In this document: positions 13,585-26,515 of the stretch, piece by piece
Numbering within the stretch: position 1 is the first letter of the stretch
How the letters are laid out: every line of letters starts with the position of its first letter
Assembly: GCA_013239625.1 (NCBI GenBank)
Contig: MU054323.1
Location: 10,819,186 to 10,883,185, forward strand
Direction: 5' to 3'
DNA: 64,000 bases
From: Lama guanicoe
Lineage: Eukaryota
Position numbers and translations under genes: made by a program
The notes under the pieces: model-generated
Databases searched by the model: none
What the model was told of the DNA's origin: nothing
The model's input: the letters and a program-made list of their open reading frames with translations, nothing else

Positions 13585-16271
13585 AAAGGTTTCGACAACC
13601 CATTATGTTACATCTTCCAATGCACCAAAATCCTGTTTGTTACTGTTTCTGTTGTCTCATTCCGTAATAGCTTCACTTCATTTAGAACTCAGCCAGCCAA
13701 TCTTTTCTCAGGCTTACTGGAAGGGCTAATATGTTCAAAGATCTTTATTTCAAAAGAAAGAAACAGCCTTGTGTTTAGATTTCACAGGGAACTTAAAACA
13801 GCTAAAGGGAAAACCTTTGGTAAATGAGGATGTCAGGTTAGGTAATCATAAAACCTTCTGGGGACCTTTTTCTCCACCATCCATTTGAGAGTGATACATC
13901 GAAAAAGGTGATTATGAGAAGAAGACTCACTGATGGTTTATCACTTCTTGGAGACTCAGATTATATCCATGACTCAGCTAGTTGCTGACCAGTAAATATG
14001 GATGCCTTGCGTTCTGGTCATACAAGTCAGTGACCCAATTATCATGGCTGTTCTTGGGTGTGGAGGGCTGGGCCTGTAGGCATTGAGCACACAGTTTAAT
14101 CAATTATTTTTTTTCTATAAAAAAGGAATCTATGTATTAGCTAATGATCAATAACTATATTAACTAACATTTTCTTATTTAAGGAATGATACATTTCAAA
14201 TCAGGATTCGAAGAAATCTAAACCTCTAGATACAATACAGAAACTTCTAGACTAACTCTTGATTGTTACAATTACCACCTCAGTAGCACTTTTTTTTTTT
14301 TTAACAGACATTGCCCTTTGCTCAACCAAAATAAGCACAGGTTTTGCCCTGTGTAGAACTTTCAGGGCCTATGCTGCTCCAGCTACTGAACCAAGCTTAG
14401 AAAACAGAGATGCATGGGCACCAATGGCCGTGGAGTGTGCTGTAACATGCCCAAAAGGAATCACAAGTGTCTCTTTCCAGTATGCCACAGTAGCTCACGA
14501 GTACTCTTATTTCACAGAAGTCAAAGTTTAAGACATGTACGACTTCCAATTACTTTCCCCAAGAGGACTTCCTCTTACTATATCCACAGTCTTTGCATCT
14601 TTTATACTTTCATTTGAAAACCACTTGGAAAAAATACCAAGTTACAGTTACAAATCAGTTTCTAAGACAGTTTCATTACCATTAAAAATCCCTACCCTAG
14701 CATTTCCTACTGATTCCTGTGAAACTCACTGTTGGTATAGAAGAGGAATTTGCATGCTGTTTGTTGTTTGTAACAGAACATTTTGTCAAGTGAAGTCCTA
14801 AGAGAATGTCAATGTATAAAACTAATGAAAGTGGGTAGCTATGCTGAAATCAAAACAGAGGGCATCTCCATCTCTAGACAGTTTGAAAACCACACAGTAT
14901 AAGTTAATTTAAACCAAAAAGCAACTTTGAATTAAAAAACTAATCTGGTAGCCTCCTTCGAAAAAGTTCTCTCTTCTTACTTTGTTAACGTTTAAGAGTA
15001 CATTCGAGTAGAGCAAAAGGTTTCAGAGCTGTACAACTGTTTCTCTGTGGAAGAGAAAAAAGAAGGAGATCAAGATCTATCAAGAAAGAGAGAGAGGGAA
15101 TATGAATGAATGAATGAAAGGAAGGAAGGAAGGAGAAAGAAGGAAAGAAAGGAAGAAGAAAGTGGATAGATGGTCAGGCAAGGTAGATAAAGACCCTCTG
15201 ATCAAGATGGGCTCAAGTACTCCTAGGCCTGGATGATCAAGCAGTCATTTCATCTCTTTATGACCCAGCTTGTCAAAGGAAAAGAACACCAACCAGCTAG
15301 CCAGCTTTTGCTGGAGTCTTTCATGAAAATAAGCTGATAAAACAAGACAACAGGATGCCTTACAAATACATCATAGGGAAATGTTTCCTAAAACATAGAC
15401 ATCCTAAGGTTTTTTAGTCCCCTAAACAAGTATTTCCAGGCCATTACATTTTCAGGTGGAGCACAGGTCAACCTAAACTAGGGGAGAAGCAAGCTTTGCT
15501 CTCTGTCTTAACCAGGCATTCACTTTGGCGAGAGACCCCTTACCCCATGCTACTCTGCAGTGTGCTTTAGCTGTTCTGTGTAAGTGTGCCTTTTCCCTTC
15601 TCCATCCAGGCTGTATGTCACTAGAATGAAGGGACCATGTCATCTTTGGTATCCTCTGCTAGTTCCCAGCGTAAGCAGTGTTTTAGTATGAAAAAGTGGG
15701 ATTTTCCAAGTCAAATAAGCCTGAGTCTGCAACCCCAAATTCCTTTGATAGAAATACTGATTTCTGTGCACTGGATTTTCGACAAGTCAGTTTGAAGTTC
15801 TATCTTTTGTTCTCTCTGCTATAAAGTAGCTATGGGCTTGATACTCCTCCTCTCCTGCTCTGGAACCATCAAAACAAATATTTTAGGTAGGTTCTGCCTA
15901 AAAAAGGCAGAACCTGTCTTCAAGAAAGGAAGTGGCAGTCAGCTTTATTCCTATTTCCTTCTAAGGAAAACTACCGCCAATGCCTATATTTGAATAATAT
16001 TAAACAGTTTACAAAATATTTATTTATTCTCTCCTCAGACTCCCTCAGAATCTCTGTGAGGTGGGCAGGGCTGTGTCATAATATAAAGTCACTGAATTAA
16101 TAAACTGTGAACTAGATTTGAAAACAAAAGGCTCCTAGTAGCTAAATGTTCCCTTGCCTCAACTCCACAAGTCAGAGCCTTGCCTCAGGCCAGAAGTGGG
16201 GCTCAAGTCTTAGAGAGAGGCCCCCAGCTCTTAGCTAATCACAGTGGAATAAAAGGGGAATGTAAACTGCA

Positions 16272-16462
16272 GTGAAACAGACCTCAGTTTGTATCCTAGA
16301 GCTGCCATTCCTGGCTGTATGACTGTGGGTAAGTTCATGTCTTTGGAACTAAGTTTTCTCATCTATAAGATGGGGATTTTGACTTCCTTCAGAGGGGTTT
16401 TGCAAGGATTAAGTGAGTCAAGGTAAATGAAAGCATGGGGCTTGATGCTCTTTAAATATTCA
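16272..16462 (+). mobile_element. MIR SINE
   Basis: AGACCTCAGTTTGTATCCTAGAGCTGCC...AGTTTTCTCATCTATAAGATGGGGAT...AGGATTAAGTGAG. Confidence 0.75.
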
Positions 16463-17349
16463 TCAAATTGGAAAAAAGGAAAAAGAAGGGCCTTCCTGCC
16501 CTAAGTGTCTTCTTCTACACACTTGTCACATCATGGCATTTGAAAGTCATTCCTTTGAAGGCGAAGACTCATCTCCTCCACAAAGGGAAATAATGATGAG
16601 TCATACACACCTTAGTGACACCCTGCAGCCTTGCAGTAGATTTCTTGAAAGAGGTGGATGTAGGAGAAACAAGCACCCCAAGGTAACAGGAGACCCGGAG
16701 AGGATGCTGGGTCATAATCACCCTTTTATAGTAATGTAGGTAATGCAATGAAGCTTTAATGAGCGTAATGTTGCCATTAACACTTATCTATACTAGGAAG
16801 TTTCAGATCAAGTATTTCATACATGCCTCCTAAACACTTGTCAAATCATCATGGTCATAAACCACAGAAACTGGAAATGGCTTTAGAGATCATTCTACCA
16901 CATCTCTTCTAAAAATGACAAGTCTGAGGCCCATAAAGAAGGACATTTTATGATTCTGGGGAGAACTATAAGAATCCACTAAATTCTGATGCTGCCTGGG
17001 AACAAGTGTTAACATTTACATCCAACTTCTTAGGGAGACACTGACTCACTGTCAACTCACACAGACCCGAACTACCACTTGGTCAGGGAAATCATTGCCA
17101 TGTCACAGCTGGAGCCAAAGATGCATCAAGGCCTCAGGGCAACAGTGGTGGAGAGAACTCAGGCAGAGCCTTCCTGACATCCAGCCTCTCTCCATACAAT
17201 GCCAGAGCCAAGAGCAAGATTCGACAGAAGCCCCATTCTCTGACATCCTGTTCACTGTTTACCTAACAGTGGCTTCTTGAGTTCAATTAACCTCCCCCTG
17301 ATCTAGTCAAATGACTTTGTACACATAGCCATGGTCCCAAGCATACCCC

Positions 17350-17745
17350 TGGAGGTGGGCTCCATTACTGTCTTGCAAATACTCAGTCTCCTCTCTCCAC
17401 CCAGTCATGGGAGGATATACTTCCCTGCCCCACTGATGTTGGCCTTTGACTAGGATTTTCTTTGGCAACTGGAATATACACAGAAGTGGCAAGGTACTAG
17501 CTCCAAGCAGAGGCTCTCAGAGCTCTCTTGCACTAGTTTCCTCTGCCATGAGAATATGGAGGCTCAGATAGGTACCCCTTCATCCTGAATCCCAGAATGT
17601 GAAGATACATGGAGCAGATCTGAACCTAGTGACAATCTGGAGCAAACAGCAGCCACCCATGGCACCAACAGGCAGCATGAATGAGAAATACATAAATGTT
17701 GTAAAGCAACAAGAGTTTGAGATTATTTATACAGCATAACCCAGA
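17350..17745 (+). mobile_element. MaLR solo LTR (MLT1I/J-like)
   Basis: ATACTTCCCTGCCCCACTGATGTTGGCC...CTCTGCCATGAGAA...CATGGAGCAGA...ATGAGAAATACATAAATGTTGTAAAGC. Confidence 0.7.
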
Positions 17746-17834
17746 GGCATATTTCTTCTACACTCTTCATTTGTCGGTTGTGATCCCTGAATGAAGACAT
17801 ATACCTATTTTCCTCTCTAATAATTGTTTCTGAT

Positions 17835-18060
17835 CACATTCTCTGCACTTAGATCCTATGTCAAGTGCTTTACAATTTTTAGCTCATTGGATCTTCACAA
17901 TGAGCTATAATTGAGATATTATTGTTCCCATTTTACAGATAAAAATTTAATGCTGAGAAAACCTGAGGGCTAAAAGCTGAAGGGATTGGCCTGTCTGAGA
18001 CTTGAAACTAAGACCATCCCGGCCAGAGCCCAGGTTCTCACCACCACCACTCCAGACTGC
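17835..18060 (-). mobile_element. MIR SINE
   Basis: CTCATTGGATCTTCACAA...ATTGTTCCCATTTTACAGAT is the reverse-complement MIR core. Confidence 0.7.
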
Positions 18061-19147
18061 TTCTTTGAGCACTGATGGAACTGGAACACACAGAAGCCCA
18101 GACACCCAGAACTTCTCCCCTACTCCCATATACATGCTATTTCCCAACAGAATATAATCTTTTTAATTTTAAATAGGCTTTTGGGAGAGGGAAAAAAATG
18201 ACTTGTGGATCTTCAGAATAATCTAAGCAATCCCTCAGGCCCATTTTTAAAAGCAAGTTGAATTTTGAGTCTGCCCAAGGTTGGCACAGTCAATTCCATC
18301 ATTCCCAAAGCCAGGTAGACCCAGCTTTTATAAAGTCTTCCAGCCCATTTCCCACTAAAGGCACAATGGTGTCTTGCAATGGCAATAACACTTCTCCCCT
18401 TGATTTACAGCCCTATCTATTCTAGCCACTCCTGATGGGCCATTCTCATCCCCGTGCTGTCTAACAGCCTTAGGGATTCTTCTCAGGCCATAATTTCTGA
18501 GTATTTCCACCACTCCCCTTCCCTGGCTCTGGAATTTCAGCTACTTTCCATTCAGAAAAAGATTGTTCCATTTATTATCAGCTTCACGGTCTTTTTACAT
18601 TTACCTACTGCTCAGCCAACCATCCTGATCAGGTATTTAAAGACCTCCCTACTTCTAACAAGTGACCCTGCTTCTTTTTCTCTTTGCTCTGAGTTTCTCT
18701 TTCACAGACTCAATATCACTTTATATATTTGTAGGCTTCTAACTCATTCCATTATTCTTTCCCTCTTATCAAGTAAGATAATGGATGCAGAAAGGCCGGG
18801 GAAATGATAAAGAGATGTATATCCTTTGCTATTGTTGTTTTCACAACTAACAACTTTCCAAGTTCGAATCACTGTGGTGAAATGTTAACTCTCACTCCTG
18901 TGAAGGTTCCTGGATTCATTCTCAGCTTCAAACAAACCAAACACCAGGTTTGAGGCTGTCCAGGTTTGAATTCTCTGGCGTACGTTGCTGCCTATGATAA
19001 GCAGGCTTCTGCCAGGCTTCCAGGTTGCTCAGTTACCTAGAATTCTGTTTGCATAGTATCTATAATAATAGGAATTAGCTCATTTAAGTGAAAGGAGCTT
19101 ATCAGATTTCAAGAGCACTAACTCAAAAAGTTGCTTACATGGGGGGA

Positions 19148-19360
19148 TTATGGAGTTGACAGACCTGGGTTCAAATTCAGCTCTGCCACTTATAAACAAA
19201 ATGACCTTGACCTAGTTAGTAACTTCTCTGAGCCTCCATTTCTTCATCTGCAGTCTCTCCCTGGACTGGTATGAAGACTAAATTCAATAGTCCTATAAAA
19301 ACCCTTAGTGGAGTGCCTGGTACATGAGAGCCATCCAACAAAAGTATGTGACTAATAATA
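19148..19360 (+). mobile_element. MIR SINE
   Basis: AGACCTGGGTTCAAATTCAGCTCTGCCACTTA...CTCTGAGCCTCCATTTCTTCATCTG...GTGCCTGGTACAT. Confidence 0.85.
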
Positions 19361-20966
19361 TTAATAAAGAAATGGAAGACTAGAAGTCATTACAAATAGT
19401 TTAAATGCTTATAAGCTTTCAGGATGAAAGTGATATCAAGGACCTGAACTCTTTTCTTACAGTAGAAGATCAAGAAACTCAGAAAGAACTTAGTTGTCCT
19501 GGTCTGAAAGCTCTGAGAACAGGGGCCACAACCATCTGCATCCCCTTCCCTGTGCCTGGCTCACTGCAGGCACTCAGTGAGTATTGGCTGCTGTTGTGGA
19601 TGGTGTTGTTGGACTCCATACAGCAGCACAGCATGATGGCTGACGGCAGGTGCTGAAAGTCTGTGAGCTCTGAGCAAGAACCCAGCCCTACTACTTGGGC
19701 AAATGACTTAGTCTCTCTAAGTCTCTGTGAAATGGAAAAAGCATCCACACTTTCCTCACAGGACTGCTTAGAAGGATTATATGAGAAATGAAGGCAAAAT
19801 CCAATTCAAAACAAAACAAAACACAACACAACAAAAAATAACCAATTAAGTGTTAGCTCCTAAACTCTTCATAACTTATCTAAGATCATCTAATTAATTA
19901 GTGGGAGAGCAACAACAGCCCAAGTAGCATGACTTCTAGCCAGAATATTTTCTTCTATCATTCTTATTCCTAAGCACTTTTTTAATGCAGTATATTCTTT
20001 ATATGCCCAGACTCTTTTCTGAAGACTTAATATCAAGGGTTATCATTATCCATAATGTGTTTTTGAATCAGGTCTTAAAACTTAATGTGGCTTTTATGCC
20101 TGGAGATAAGGTGGGATTTGGGGTTGGCAAGTTACAGTGGCACACACAAGTGGCCACTGGTTGATCCTAATTCTCTAGAATGATTTAAAACCTTAATTAG
20201 CCCTGAAAGTTATTATTTGGGACAGCCTCCACCTTGCCATTTTGCACTGTGAATGAGTGACAATCTGGGGAGACAGAGCACATTGGAGTGAATCAGGATT
20301 CCATTATGAACTCTTTTTTACATTTTGAAAGACACTCAAAGTGAATGAGGGTTAAAAGACAAAGCTTGCTCTAAAAGAGAATGGGCTGTGAGTTGAAAGT
20401 TATATGACTGAAAGTCTTGGCAGAGAGACAAAAAACTGAGAATGGAAGCAGGAAGCTGTATCTCCAAGAATCCCTGCACTGTGACTGTCAGCCTAGCTAT
20501 ATTGTGGTCCAGCTCCTGTACCATTTCTTTGGAAAACTATTGGGTGACTGGTTAAATAATACGGAAAATAATTTATAGTCTTTGTAAATGAGCATGCATG
20601 ATTGGCCATAGTTTCCTATTTTACTCCTTCTAGATAATATTTAGATTTTAATAGTAATTCAAGAGGCCTGATTCAGGAGGTCCTCACCATCTCAATTTCA
20701 CAGTTCATTGTGAGCCTCAATCTGGTTAACTACTGGTTTATCAGCCAGGCTATTGGCTCTCCTAGGACTTTCTTTATGGCTGCTGGGCATCTGAAAGGAA
20801 GATGACAGGACTGAGCCAGTGGCTTTCCAGAATTGCCAACGGCTGGAGTGAAAAAAAGGGGATTGGCTATAGGTTATGGTCTGTAGCCTACCCTGGCCTT
20901 CTACGCATTTCCCATTTCCCAGCCATTGTGTTTGGTGCCAGAAAGATGCATACATCTTTCCATTCT

Positions 20967-23900
20967 TTATTATTATTATTATTGAAGTATAGTCAGGTTA
21001 CAATGTTGTGTTAATTTCTGGTGTACAGAAGAATGTTTCAGTCATACATGTACATAAATATATTCATTTTCATATTCATTTTCATTATAGGTTATGACAA
21101 GATATTGAACATAGTTCTCTGTACTGTACAGCAGAAATTTGTTGTTTATTTTATATATATAGTAGTTAGTATCTGCAAATCAAGAACTCCCAATTTATCC
21201 CATCGCACCCTCTTTCCCCACTGGTAACCATAACTTTGTTTTCTATGTCTGTGAGTCCGTTTCTGTTTTGCAGATAAGTTCATGTGTTTTTTTTTTTTAA
21301 GATTCTACATTTAAGTGATATTATATGGTAATTTTCTTCCTCTTTCTGGCTTACTTCACTTAGTATGACAACCTCTAGGTCCATCCATGTTGCTGCAAAT
21401 GGCATTATTTTATTCCTTCTTATGGCTGAGTGGTATTCTATTGTATATACATACCACAACTTCTTTATCCAATTATCTGTCAATAAACATTTAGGTTGCT
21501 TCCATGTCCTGGTTATTGTAAATAATGCTGCTATGAACACTGGGGTGCGTGTATCTTTTTGAATTAGAGCTTCCTCTGGATATATGCCAAGGAGTAGGAT
21601 TGCTACATCATATGGTAAGTCTGTTTTTAGTTTTTTAACTCTCCATATTGTTTTCCATAATGGCTGCATCAAACTACACTCCCACCAACACTGTAGGAGG
21701 GTTCCCTTTTCTCCACACCCTCTTTAGCATTTAGCATTTGTGGACTTTTGAATGATGGCCATTCTGACTGATGTAAGATGATACCCCTTTGTAGTTTTGA
21801 TTTGCATTTCTCTGATAATTAGTGATACTGAGTATTTTTTCATCTGCCTATTGGCCATTTGTATGTCTTCACTGGAGAAGTGTCTATTTAGGTCTTCTGC
21901 CCATTTTTGGATGGGTTTTTTTTTTTTGTTACGAAGTTAGGTTGTATAGCTGTTTATATATTCTGGAAATTAAGCCTTTGTCAGTCACATCATTTGCAAA
22001 TATTCTCTCTCATTCTGTAGGTTGTCATCTTGTTTCACTTATGGTTTCCTTTGTTGTGCAAAAGCTTTTAAGTTTAATTAGGTCCCATTTGTTAATTTTT
22101 GCTCTTATTTCTATTGTCTGGGTAGACTGCCCTAGGAGAACATTGCTAGGATTTACGTCAGAGAAAATGTTGCCTATGTTCTCTTCTAGGAGGTTTACGG
22201 TGTCTTATGTTTGAGTTTTTAAGCCATTTTGAGTTTATTTTTGTGTATGGTGTGAGGGGATGTTCTAACCTCACTGATTTACATGCTGCTATCCAGTTTT
22301 CCCAACACCACTTGCTGAAGAAACTGTCTTTAATTCATTGTATATTTTTCCTTCCTTTGTCAAAGATTAATTGACCATAGGTGTGTGGGTTTACTTCTGG
22401 GCTCTGTATTCTGTTTCATTGAGCCATATGTCTGTTTTTATGCCAATACCATGCTGTTTTAATTACTGTAGCTCTGTAGTATTGTCTGAAGTCTGGGAGG
22501 GTTATTCCTCCAGCTTTGTTCTTTTATTTCAGTATTGCCTTGACAATTCTGGGTCTTTTGTGATTTCACATAAATTTTAGGATTATTTGTTCTAGTTCTG
22601 TGAAAAATGTCATGGGTAATTTGATAGTGATTGCATTAAATCTGTACATTGCCTTGGGCAGTATGGCCATTTTAATGATATTCTTCCAATCCAAGAGCAT
22701 GGGTTATCTTCCCATTTCTTTAGGTCATCTTTAATTTCTTTAATCAATGTTTTGTAGTTCTCCATATATAAGTCTTTCACCTCCTTGGTCAGGTTTATTC
22801 CTGAGTGTTTTATTTATTTTTTTGATGTGATTTTAAAAGATTCCTTTTATTTCTGTTTCTTGTGTGACTGCTGTGTCTAGGACTTCCAAAACTATGTTGA
22901 ATAGAACTGATGAGAGTGGGAATCCTTGTCTTGTTCCACCGCTGAGCATTGTTTTAGGTATGAGTTTGTCATAAACAGTTTTTATTATGTTGAGATATGT
23001 TCTCTATATACGTAATTTCCTAGGAGTTTTTATAATAAATGCATGTTGAATTTTACCAAATACTTCTTATGCATCTATTGAGATGATTATGTGATTTGGG
23101 GCTTTTCTTCTGTTGATGTGGTGTGTCACATTGACTGATTCGTGTATGTGGAACCATTCTTGTATTCCTGGGATGAATCCACCTTGATCATGGTGTATGA
23201 TCTTTTTCATGTGTTGTTGGATTCTGTTTGCTAATACTTTGTTGAGAATTTCTGCACCTATATTCATCAAGTATACTGGCCTTTAATTTCTTTTTTGGTA
23301 CTGCCTTTGTCTAGTTTTGGTATCAGGATGATGGTAGCTTCACAGAATGAGTTACAGAGTGTTAACTCCTCTTCAATCTTTTGGAAGAGTTTGAGAAGAA
23401 TCAGTGTAAGTTCTTCTTTGTATGTTTTGTAGAATTCCCTAGTGAAGTCATTCACTCCTGGACTTTTGTTTGCAGTGAGGTTTTTCTTAATTGCTGATTC
23501 TATTTCACTTCTAGTGATAGGTCTGTTCAAATTATCTATTTCTTCTTGATTCAATTTTGGTGCACTGTATGCTTCTAGAAACTTGTCCATTTCTTCTAGG
23601 TTGTACAATTTGTTGCCATATAGTTGTTCATAATAATCTCTTATAGTTTTTAATATTTCTGTGCTGTTTGTGGTAATTTCTCCATTTTCATTTCTTATTT
23701 TGTTTATTTGTGTCCTCTCTCTCTTCTTGGTGAGCCTGACCAGATATTTGTTGATTTTGTTACTCTTTCAAAAAACCAGCTCTTGGTTTACCAATTGACT
23801 TTTTTCTATCTTCTTTAAATCTCTATTTTATTTATTTCCTCCCTGATCTTTATTAATTCTTTCCTTCTGCTGACTTCAGGCTTTGTTCTTTTTGTTTTGT

Positions 23901-26515
23901 TTTGTTGTTTTTTTCTAATTCTTTTAGATGGTAGGTTAGATTATTTGAGATTGTTTTTGTTTTTTGAGGAAGCCCTGTATCACTAAGAACTTCCCTTCTA
24001 GGGCTGTTTTTGATGCATCCCACAGATTTTGTATGGTTGTGTTTTCACTGTTATTTGTCTTAAGGTATTTTTTTAATTTCTCCATTGATTTCATCATTGA
24101 CACATTGGTTTTTTAGTTACTACATGTTGTTTAGTCTAAATGCAGTTGTTTTTTCTCTTTTGTTTTTGTGTGGTTGATTTCTAATTTCATGGCATTGTGG
24201 TCAGAAAAGATGCTTGAAATAATTTCTATCCTCTTAAATTTGTTGAGGCTTATTTTGTGTCCAAGTATGCAGTGTATCCTAGAGAATGTTCCATGCACAC
24301 TTGAAAAGAATGTATATTCTGTTTTTCGAGGATGTAATGTCCTGAAAATATCAATTAAGCCAAGCTGTTTTATCATTTAGTATCTCCATTGCTTTATTGA
24401 TTTTCTTTCTGGAAGATCTGTCCAATGATGTCAGTGGAGTATTAAAGTCTCCTACTCTTACTGTGTTCCTATCAATTTCTTCCTTTGTGTCTGTTGGTAT
24501 TTGTTTTATATATTTAAGTAGTCCTATATTGGGTGCATATATGTTAACGAGTGTAATATTCTCCTCTTGTAGTGCTCCTTTGATCATTATATAGTGTGCT
24601 TCTTTATCTTTATTTATGGCAATTTGTTTTAAAGTCTATTCTGTCTGATATGAGTATTGCTACTGCTTTCTTGTCATTTCCGTTTGCATGAAATATCTTT
24701 TTCCATCCTCTCATTTTCAATCTGTGTGTGTCCTTCACCCTAAAGTGGGTTGCTTGTAGGGAGCATATTGTAGGCTCTTGTTTTATTAGCCAATTTGCCG
24801 CCCTATGTCCTTTGACTGGAACACTTAGTCCAATGACATTTAAGGTAATTATTGATAGATACGTACTTATTGCCATTTTAAACTTTGTTTTCCAGTTGAC
24901 TTTGTATTTCTTCTTTGTTCCTTTTTCTTTTTGTTCTTTCTTTTGTGATTTTAATTTTCTTTTGTATTAGCTTGGTTTCTCTTATTTTTATTTTCTGTGA
25001 CTCTTGTATGTTTTTGTTTAGTGGTTACCGTGTTTTTTATGTATGCTAACCCATTACTATATCTGTTTTAGACTGGTGAGCATATAAGCTCAAACAAATC
25101 CTAAAAAAGAACAAAAAAAATCTACATTTTCTTGCTCCCTTCTCCCACATTTTGATTTTGATGTCCTCTTTTACATCTTCATGTTTATTCTTTTCCTGTT
25201 CATTGTGGTTATCACCTTTTTTCCAATTGTGGTTTTCTCTTTTCTATAGCTTACTGATTCTTTTCTATTTAGAGAAGATATTTCAATATTTATTTTAGGA
25301 TAGCTTTAGTATTGCTGTATTCTTTTAGTTTTGCTTGTCTAATAAATTATTTATCTTTCCTTCTATTCTAAATGATAGTCTTGCTGCGTAGAGTATTCTA
25401 GGTTGCAGGTTTTTCTCTTTCAGGACTTTGAGTATACCTTAGCACTCTCTACTGGCCAGCAACGTTTCTGTAGAGAAACCAGCTGATAGCATTATGGAGG
25501 TTCCCTTGTAACTAACTCTTTGTTTTTCTCTTGCTGCCTTTAGAATCTTTTCTTTATCTTTAACTTTGGCCGTTTTAATTATAATATGTCTTGGTGTAGG
25601 TCTGTTTGGATTCATCTTGTTTGGGACCCTCTGTCCTTCATGTACTTGGATATTAGTTTTCCTCTTTAGGTTTGGGAAGTCTTCGGTTATGATTTCTTCA
25701 AATATAATTTTGATCCACTTTTCTCTTTCTTCTGAGACCCCTATTAAGCATAGATTCCCATGCTTTATATTATCTTATGGGTCCCTTATATTGTTTTCAT
25801 TGGTTTTCCTTTGCTTTTCTGTCTGCTGTTGTGATTGGGTGATTTCCGTTATGCTATATTCTAAATCATTTATTCGTTCTTGAGTCTGCTATTGACTGCC
25901 TTTAGCTTGGCTTTTATCTCAGCAATAGAATTTTCTGATTTTAATTGGCTCCGCTCCACTTTATATTTTCTATTTCCTTTTTACAGTATTCTGCATTTCT
26001 ATTGATAACCTCTCTTATTTCCTTCAGAGCTTTTATCACCTCCTTTTGAACTCAGGATCTTTTATTTTTTTTAACATTTTTTATTGATTTATAATCATTT
26101 TACAATGTTGTGTCAAATTTCAGTGTAGGGCACAATTTTTCAATTACACATGAACATATATATATATATTCATTGTCACATTTCTTTGTGAGCTACCATA
26201 AGATCTTGTATGTATTTATATATTTTTATTTTATTTCTATTTCTATTTCTATTTCTATATATATATGCTTCCTTTCTGTCCCAGCTGACCTCCCTGCTGG
26301 AGAGGGGGCTTCCTAGGGTGAGGGCACTTTTCTTCCTTCACTGCTCCTTCCCTGGGGGACAGATCCCACCCTGATTTCCTTTTTCTTTTTCTTTTCTCCT
26401 ACCCATTTTTGTGAGAATATTCCTTATAGCTCCATTTGTAATACATACTTTGATGTATTCATGGGAAAGGATGAGCTCTGCATCCTTCTACTCTGCCATC
26501 TTGAAGTCCTTCCTC
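20967..26515 (-). mobile_element. L1 with both termini present but internally deleted and inactive; 14-bp TSD; same sense as ALK
   Basis: The 5' end reads GAGGAAGGACTTCAAGATGGCAGAGTAG (YY1-type CAAGATGGC). ORF1 remnant ~25300-26050. ORF2 endonuclease start MAISTYLSIITLNV at 24876. RT and C-terminal fragments, 3' UTR and (TAA)n tail at ~20967-20983. TSD CATCTTTCCATTCT at 20953-20966 and CATCTCTCCATTCT at 26516-26529. Many stops and frameshifts. Confidence 0.93.
26058..26215 (-). mobile_element. Younger L1 3' UTR fragment nested in the large L1
   Basis: The reverse complement matches the 3' end at ~53565-53700 (ACAAGATCTT...TTGACACAACATTGTAAAATGATTATAAATCAATAAAAAATGTT). Poly(T) on the + strand at ~26060-26072. 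Confidence 0.85.
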
